NCBI RefSeq assembly: GCF_006345805.1 | Contig: NC_043004.1 | Location: 49,538,001-49,602,000, forward strand | DNA: 64,000 nt | Direction: 5' to 3' | Source: Octopus sinensis | Taxonomy: Eukaryota | Part shown: piece after piece, positions 59,706 to 64,000 of the stretch | Layout of the letters: each line of letters starts with the position of its first letter | Numbering within the stretch: the stretch's first letter is position 1 | Made by a program: the position numbers and the translations under genes | The notes under the pieces: generated by a model | What the model saw: the letters and a program-made list of their open reading frames with translations, nothing else | Told to the model about the DNA's origin: nothing | Database searches by the model: none

Positions 59706-60576
59706 CTGTAAAAATTAAAAACAAATTTATAAATATTCACTTTTCATAATTAATCCTAGTTTAAGTATCCAAGAACAAGAGGAAAAATCAGTTACTTTAA
59801 TAAAAAATCTTTACAAAGATATAACTGAAATGAAACAATACCAATAACTATTTTTACCAGTTTGTCAAAGAGGGAAGGACAGTGTCCACAATCCCATGGC
59901 TCTATTTTTCAGAGTCTTTGAAAGTTAGTGGGAGAAAAGGAGGGACTTGTTCTCAAACTGTAGTCTTGGTCTGAATGTTTGCAACAAAGTGATCTCCATT
60001 AGAGGCACCCAAGGACCAAATGCTGGTGCTAAACTGGGCTATGTATTAAGTCCACAACCCAAAGAAAAAAAGCTATTGTTTTTTTTTTGTTGTTATTGGT
60101 GGTAGTAGTAATGATGATATTGTTGTTTAGTCAGTCCTGATGAAGCAGACTTATGATCAAAGTGTTCCAGCTATGGTCATCCTGACTTTTTTCAGGCTTT
60201 ATAACTGAGACTACATAATCCATTGCATCCTTCCTATTTTTATTTTTATTTCAAAAGACATGGCAGTTTGTGGTTTAAAGGGAATTTGGCTGTTATTTCT
60301 AGTAAAATTCAAAAAGGCATTTTGGAGATTTGTTGCTGATATCAGGTGGCAGAAAAAAAAAAGAAGAAACAATGATGGATATTCTACTTGAATAAATGCT
60401 GATCAATTTAAAGAAATTTTGACATGAAAATATGAAATTTTGTTGTTTTAACATCCTAAGTAAGCTGGGATTAATTTAAGGGATTAGTTACAGATGAAAT
60501 TGTGTCAAAATGAATTTATAGCTTCTTATTGAACCTATAAGTGGAGAAATATCATAGTACATAAAAATATATTTAC

Positions 60577-60716
60577 ACTTTCGAAAGTTTCATCTTTGAT
60601 AGAATTGATGAAAGAGAATATATTGGGATCAGACAAATTAGACAGTTCTTGTGAGCGGAATTTCTTAGAAATGGATCGAAATGTGTATTCAACAATGGCC
60701 ACCTGGAATTCATAAT
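60577..60716 (-). CDS. SYCP2: SYCP2-like exon, 140 bp, phase 1->0 (DYEFQVAIVEYTFRSISKKFRSQELSNLSDPNIFSFINSIKDETFES)
   Basis: Polypyrimidine-tag acceptor, donor gtaaat; lies in ORF 60535..60741; armadillo-like domain motif. Confidence 0.9.
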
Positions 60717-60973
60717 CTAAAAGAAAAAAAAATATTTTCATATCACATCATCATCACATATATTCAATATAGTTGATAAACAATATTCTATTCATTTGTT
60801 TTAAATTTGAAAATGATTTTAGTTTTAGTTAACCCAATCAATGTTTAATTAACCTGATCAGGTGAAAAATTTCACTTTAAATGCTGTTCTCTACTTCACT
60901 CTCTCTCACATATACACTCACTAAAACAATACCATCTGTTCTCTATTTATAAAGTTACTAATATTTCTCTTAC

Positions 60974-61008
60974 CACCAATAGTTGTTATCAGTTTGATGA
61001 TACTTTTT
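60974..61008 (-). CDS. SYCP2: SYCP2-like exon, 35 bp, phase 2->1 (LKSIIKLITTIG)
   Basis: Acceptor ttttactttcag, donor gtaagag; supplies the G of the conserved GDY motif. Confidence 0.8.
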
Positions 61009-62327
61009 CTGAAAGTAAAATAGATTTAACAAAATATTTAAAAAAACAACACAAAAAACAGAAAAATATATTATGAAACCAGCTATAATTGGAAAACATT
61101 ATGAAATTATCATATTAGAATGGGTGTAGTAAGTGAAAGAATTGGCAGTTGCTTTCATTTTTTATATTTAACAAGAATATGATAGACAGTAGAATAAGTT
61201 TATAGAACCAACATTTTATAATGATGACAGAGTCCACTGTTTAGTGTGAATAAATAACTTGAAAAGTAGGTTGTGTGTATTTAAACCAAGAAATACATTT
61301 TTTCTTCCTGTCAAGTTGAAGAAATTGATCTTGGCATACAGACAGCAACAAAGTTTTTAATAAGTTAGAAATACAGTTTAAAGCATCTAACTTCATGCTT
61401 TGCAAAATATTCAGTTTTAAATAATCACAGGTAAAAACAGAAACGATGACGCAAATATAGAATAATGACTTGTATATTTGATAACATGCATGTTTCTGTG
61501 TGATTGAGAGTCAATATGCCGAGTTATGATGCAGATTGACATTGCCTTCACCATAGTAACAACACTCACACAGTCAAATCAAAAGATCTGTGTATAGGCT
61601 TTGACAGGCTCCAGAGAGTTGTGGATAGCTTTAAATAATCAAAAGTTATAAATAATCAAAAGTCAAAATACTTAGTTGGTTTCTGCTACATTGCTATACA
61701 TAATTACTCAAAGCAGTTAGGCTGCTCTCTGCCATAAATGTAATTTTTAACCCACTGAACTGCAGTTAACAAGTGTGTAGAGGCCAAACAAGGCTGGATT
61801 GAATGAAAACCATAATATTTGCATATGTGTGTGTGTGTGAGTGTGTGTATGGCTGCATGCATGTATGTTTAACTGTGTGTATGAGCCCTAACAAATAGAA
61901 GCAAGTATGGAAGGCTAGCAATAACAAAATATGCTCACATCTTTTACATTAAGTACATGTAAAATAGTGGCTTTGATAAAATCAAACATAACCCCTAAAT
62001 AGGTAATTTTATGTAACACTTAGGAATGATTATTATTTTGATGATGATGAAAAATTTCCAAGATTGTTTGAACATTTCAATTATGTAGTTATCTTAGTGT
62101 TAATATACCTAATGAAAAATATCAGGGAAAAGACAACATTAGTTCAGTGGCTGCTATAATTTTAATCGTTACTATACAGCTGGGATATAATTAAGGACAA
62201 GTTTAATCTTATTCAGTCAGGTAGTCTAATCCCCACCCTAAACACACACACACACACACACAGAATTCAGAAACATAAGAATCAAATAAAAAGACATTTT
62301 AAAATGGCTATCTAATGAAATACTTAC

Positions 62328-62416
62328 AAATTATTTTGATGTTGTGGTTTTAAATTCAGAGTTTCTTTAACAGAAGAAGGACAGTGCTCAAATAATAGAT
62401 TTGAATACTTGAGAGC
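62328..62416 (-). CDS. SYCP2: SYCP2-like exon, 89 bp, phase 0->2 (ALKYSNLLFEHCPSSVKETLNLKPQHQNN)
   Basis: Acceptor ttatag, donor gtaagta; open frame; joins the next exon in phase. Confidence 0.75.
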
Positions 62417-63244
62417 CTATAATATAATGTACTACTCATAAGAAAGATATTTTGATATGAATTTATATTTATATTGAATAAATATGGTGTCAACATAGTT
62501 AAGCTGTTAAATTTTTTACTCAAAAAGTGATAATTGGGTGGAATTGTTTGGGTGTTGAATAGAATGCCTCATAGTATCTGTTCTAAATGAGTTCAAATCC
62601 TACCAAAATCAATTTTGTCTTTCATCCTTTCAGGAACAATACAAAAAAGTTCCAATCAAGAATGATAGATTGGCAGAACTATAAAAGGGTCAGATGAAAT
62701 GCTTTATGACACCTATTTTGGCACTTAAAGTTCTGACAAGAATGCATTGCATTAGCTAATTTGTAGCTAGTGTTGAGTTCATTATAAAGTATATAGTACT
62801 TTGGCGATTTCTACATGTCTATATTATAACCAAAAAGCATAACACTATGTTGTTCTGATTGAAATGAGCATTCTAAGCCTACCAAAAGGTTATTTCAATT
62901 CATAATTGCTTTGATATGTATAAAGATTATTCTTACATTGGTCAGATGCCTGTGATTCAGTAGTGATGGTCACAAATGATTAAACTGATAAGTTTAGCTA
63001 TTTGGTGGAAGGATTGATATGTTTCACTTTGTCTATGACTAAGATATTTAACTGTATATTTGAGGCCATCAAATAATAAATAAGTTAGTGTCGCTTAAGC
63101 CTCAAATCGGCCAAGCCAAGGTAAGATCAAAGGCATTCCAGAAACGACTATCTATAGTTCAGTGCTGAAATGTTTCTTTCCCAATATAAATTTGAGAACT
63201 GTCAAGATTAACAGTACATTTCTCATGTAACAGCTTCAATGTTA

Positions 63245-63580
63245 TATAATAATAATAATAATGAAATTATTGTATACAGTGCTCAGGTGCACCACAACTT
63301 GTCAAAAGTGCGTATAAAGCATATGCAGTAATGTACAAATACCTGGAAAGCGAACAGTGTATGAGTCAGATACATGTTTGCATGTGTATGGAGGGGAGAA
63401 AATAAGGTGTAGTGTTGGTGAATCTCAGGAAGCATGGAAGTTTTGAAGGATGCAGTGCTCCGACAACTAACAACTGATGCCGGCAGTCTGTTCCATGCTT
63501 CAGCAACTCTTAGCGTGAAAAAATGTTTCCAAAAGTCATGGGAGCTGTGCTGTTTTCTGACTTTGTAAACATGTCCATAT
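63245..63580 (-). mobile_element. CR1/L2-type LINE 3' end with an AT-rich trinucleotide tail
   Basis: ORF 63283..63588 has KHFFTLRVAEAWNRLP..F K, the CR1 C-terminal FF..RV...WN.LP motif. Confidence 0.8.
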
Positions 63581-64000
63581 ATTGACAAGAAGGAAAAAAA
63601 AACGAACTAAGAACAATAGCATATAAGATTAACTTTTCATATATGGAATAAAACCGCGCTAAGTGCACATGTTGAGGAAATTTTATTAATCTATTTTAGC
63701 TACATCAACTACCTACTTTATTCAGTAAAATCGAGAAAGGGAAACAATCTGAAAATTGGGTGAGTTGTTTCCCCTCTATAATGATCTCTGAATAAATACA
63801 AAACGTTAAATTTTGTGGGAAGGGAGATGTCGAGTATAACGACTCATTTTCACCAATGGTAAACTAGTATTTTACTTCATCGAATCTAGTGGTCCTTGGA
63901 GGGATCTGAACTGTAACTATGAAAAATGAAAGATACAGATGTAATTTATGACATTCAGAGTTTTCCATAATTTTGTTAACATGGTAAGGATAAACCAGCT

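Larger units (their letters stand above)
726..62416 (-). other. SYCP2: Host gene span (partial): SYCP2-like meiotic axis / synaptonemal complex protein, multi-exon; 5' and 3' ends not located in the window
   Basis: Hand-spliced GT-AG exons with consistent phases. Peptide motifs GDYEFQVAIVE, IKDETFESDCR..LN, RVFSLPC, FWVDFN..SQ.ITFY and WETV match the recalled vertebrate SYCP2 motifs GDYDLQV.I.E, IKDSEFETDCR.FLN, RVFTFPC, FWIDFN.GSQ.LSFY and WEAV. The lower boundary depends on weak exon calls. Confidence 0.85.

Noticed and set aside
62937-63000. Possible further upstream SYCP2 exon
   Set aside because: In-frame TGA in the required phase

Overview
Eukaryotic, AT-rich, CpG-poor genomic DNA. The repeat landscape (RTE elements with (GAT)n tails, tRNA-head SINEs, dense TA/CA microsatellites) looks like Octopus/coleoid cephalopod; this is an inference, not a database result. 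Almost the whole window lies inside one minus-strand, multi-exon host gene. I reconstructed it by hand from GT-AG splice sites with matching phases. Nine consecutive exons at 62.4-49.4 kb splice into ...QHQNNLKSIIKLITTIGDYEFQVAIVEYTFRSISKKFRSQELSNLSDPNIFSFINSIKDETFESDCRKCLNAFNSNQGIYQRVFSLPCNDIYFGNLKLNRPKDESYKHFWVDFNVTSQRITFYCEQ...EDVWETVSIYKEDV... This follows, motif for motif, the N-terminal armadillo-like and Spt16M/PH-like domains of synaptonemal complex protein SYCP2/SYCP2L as I recall them. A long S/T/K/N-rich disordered region follows, including a 1457-bp exon. The start codon and the C-terminal coiled coil were not found and probably lie outside the window. The introns hold a TE graveyard: a Ty3/Gypsy (Mag-like) element with both LTRs nested in an old RTE, a young 5'-truncated RTE with an 872-codon open ORF containing a PHD finger, a deleted RTE, four Tc1/mariner relics, a Chapaev-like relic, an R4/Dong relic, L2/CR1 relics, a non-autonomous Helitron, a solo LTR, MITEs and many SINEs. 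The most notable non-coding items are two minimal type I hammerhead-ribozyme motifs in Penelope-like fragments (one inside an ~88-bp-arm palindrome), an ~372-bp inverted duplication starting exactly at the Helitron 5' end, nested inverted SINEs, and a sense-oriented solo LTR with CCAAT, TATA and AATAAA signals. No CRISPR, rRNA or bona fide tRNA genes were seen. No new biological system is demonstrated; the findings are leads.
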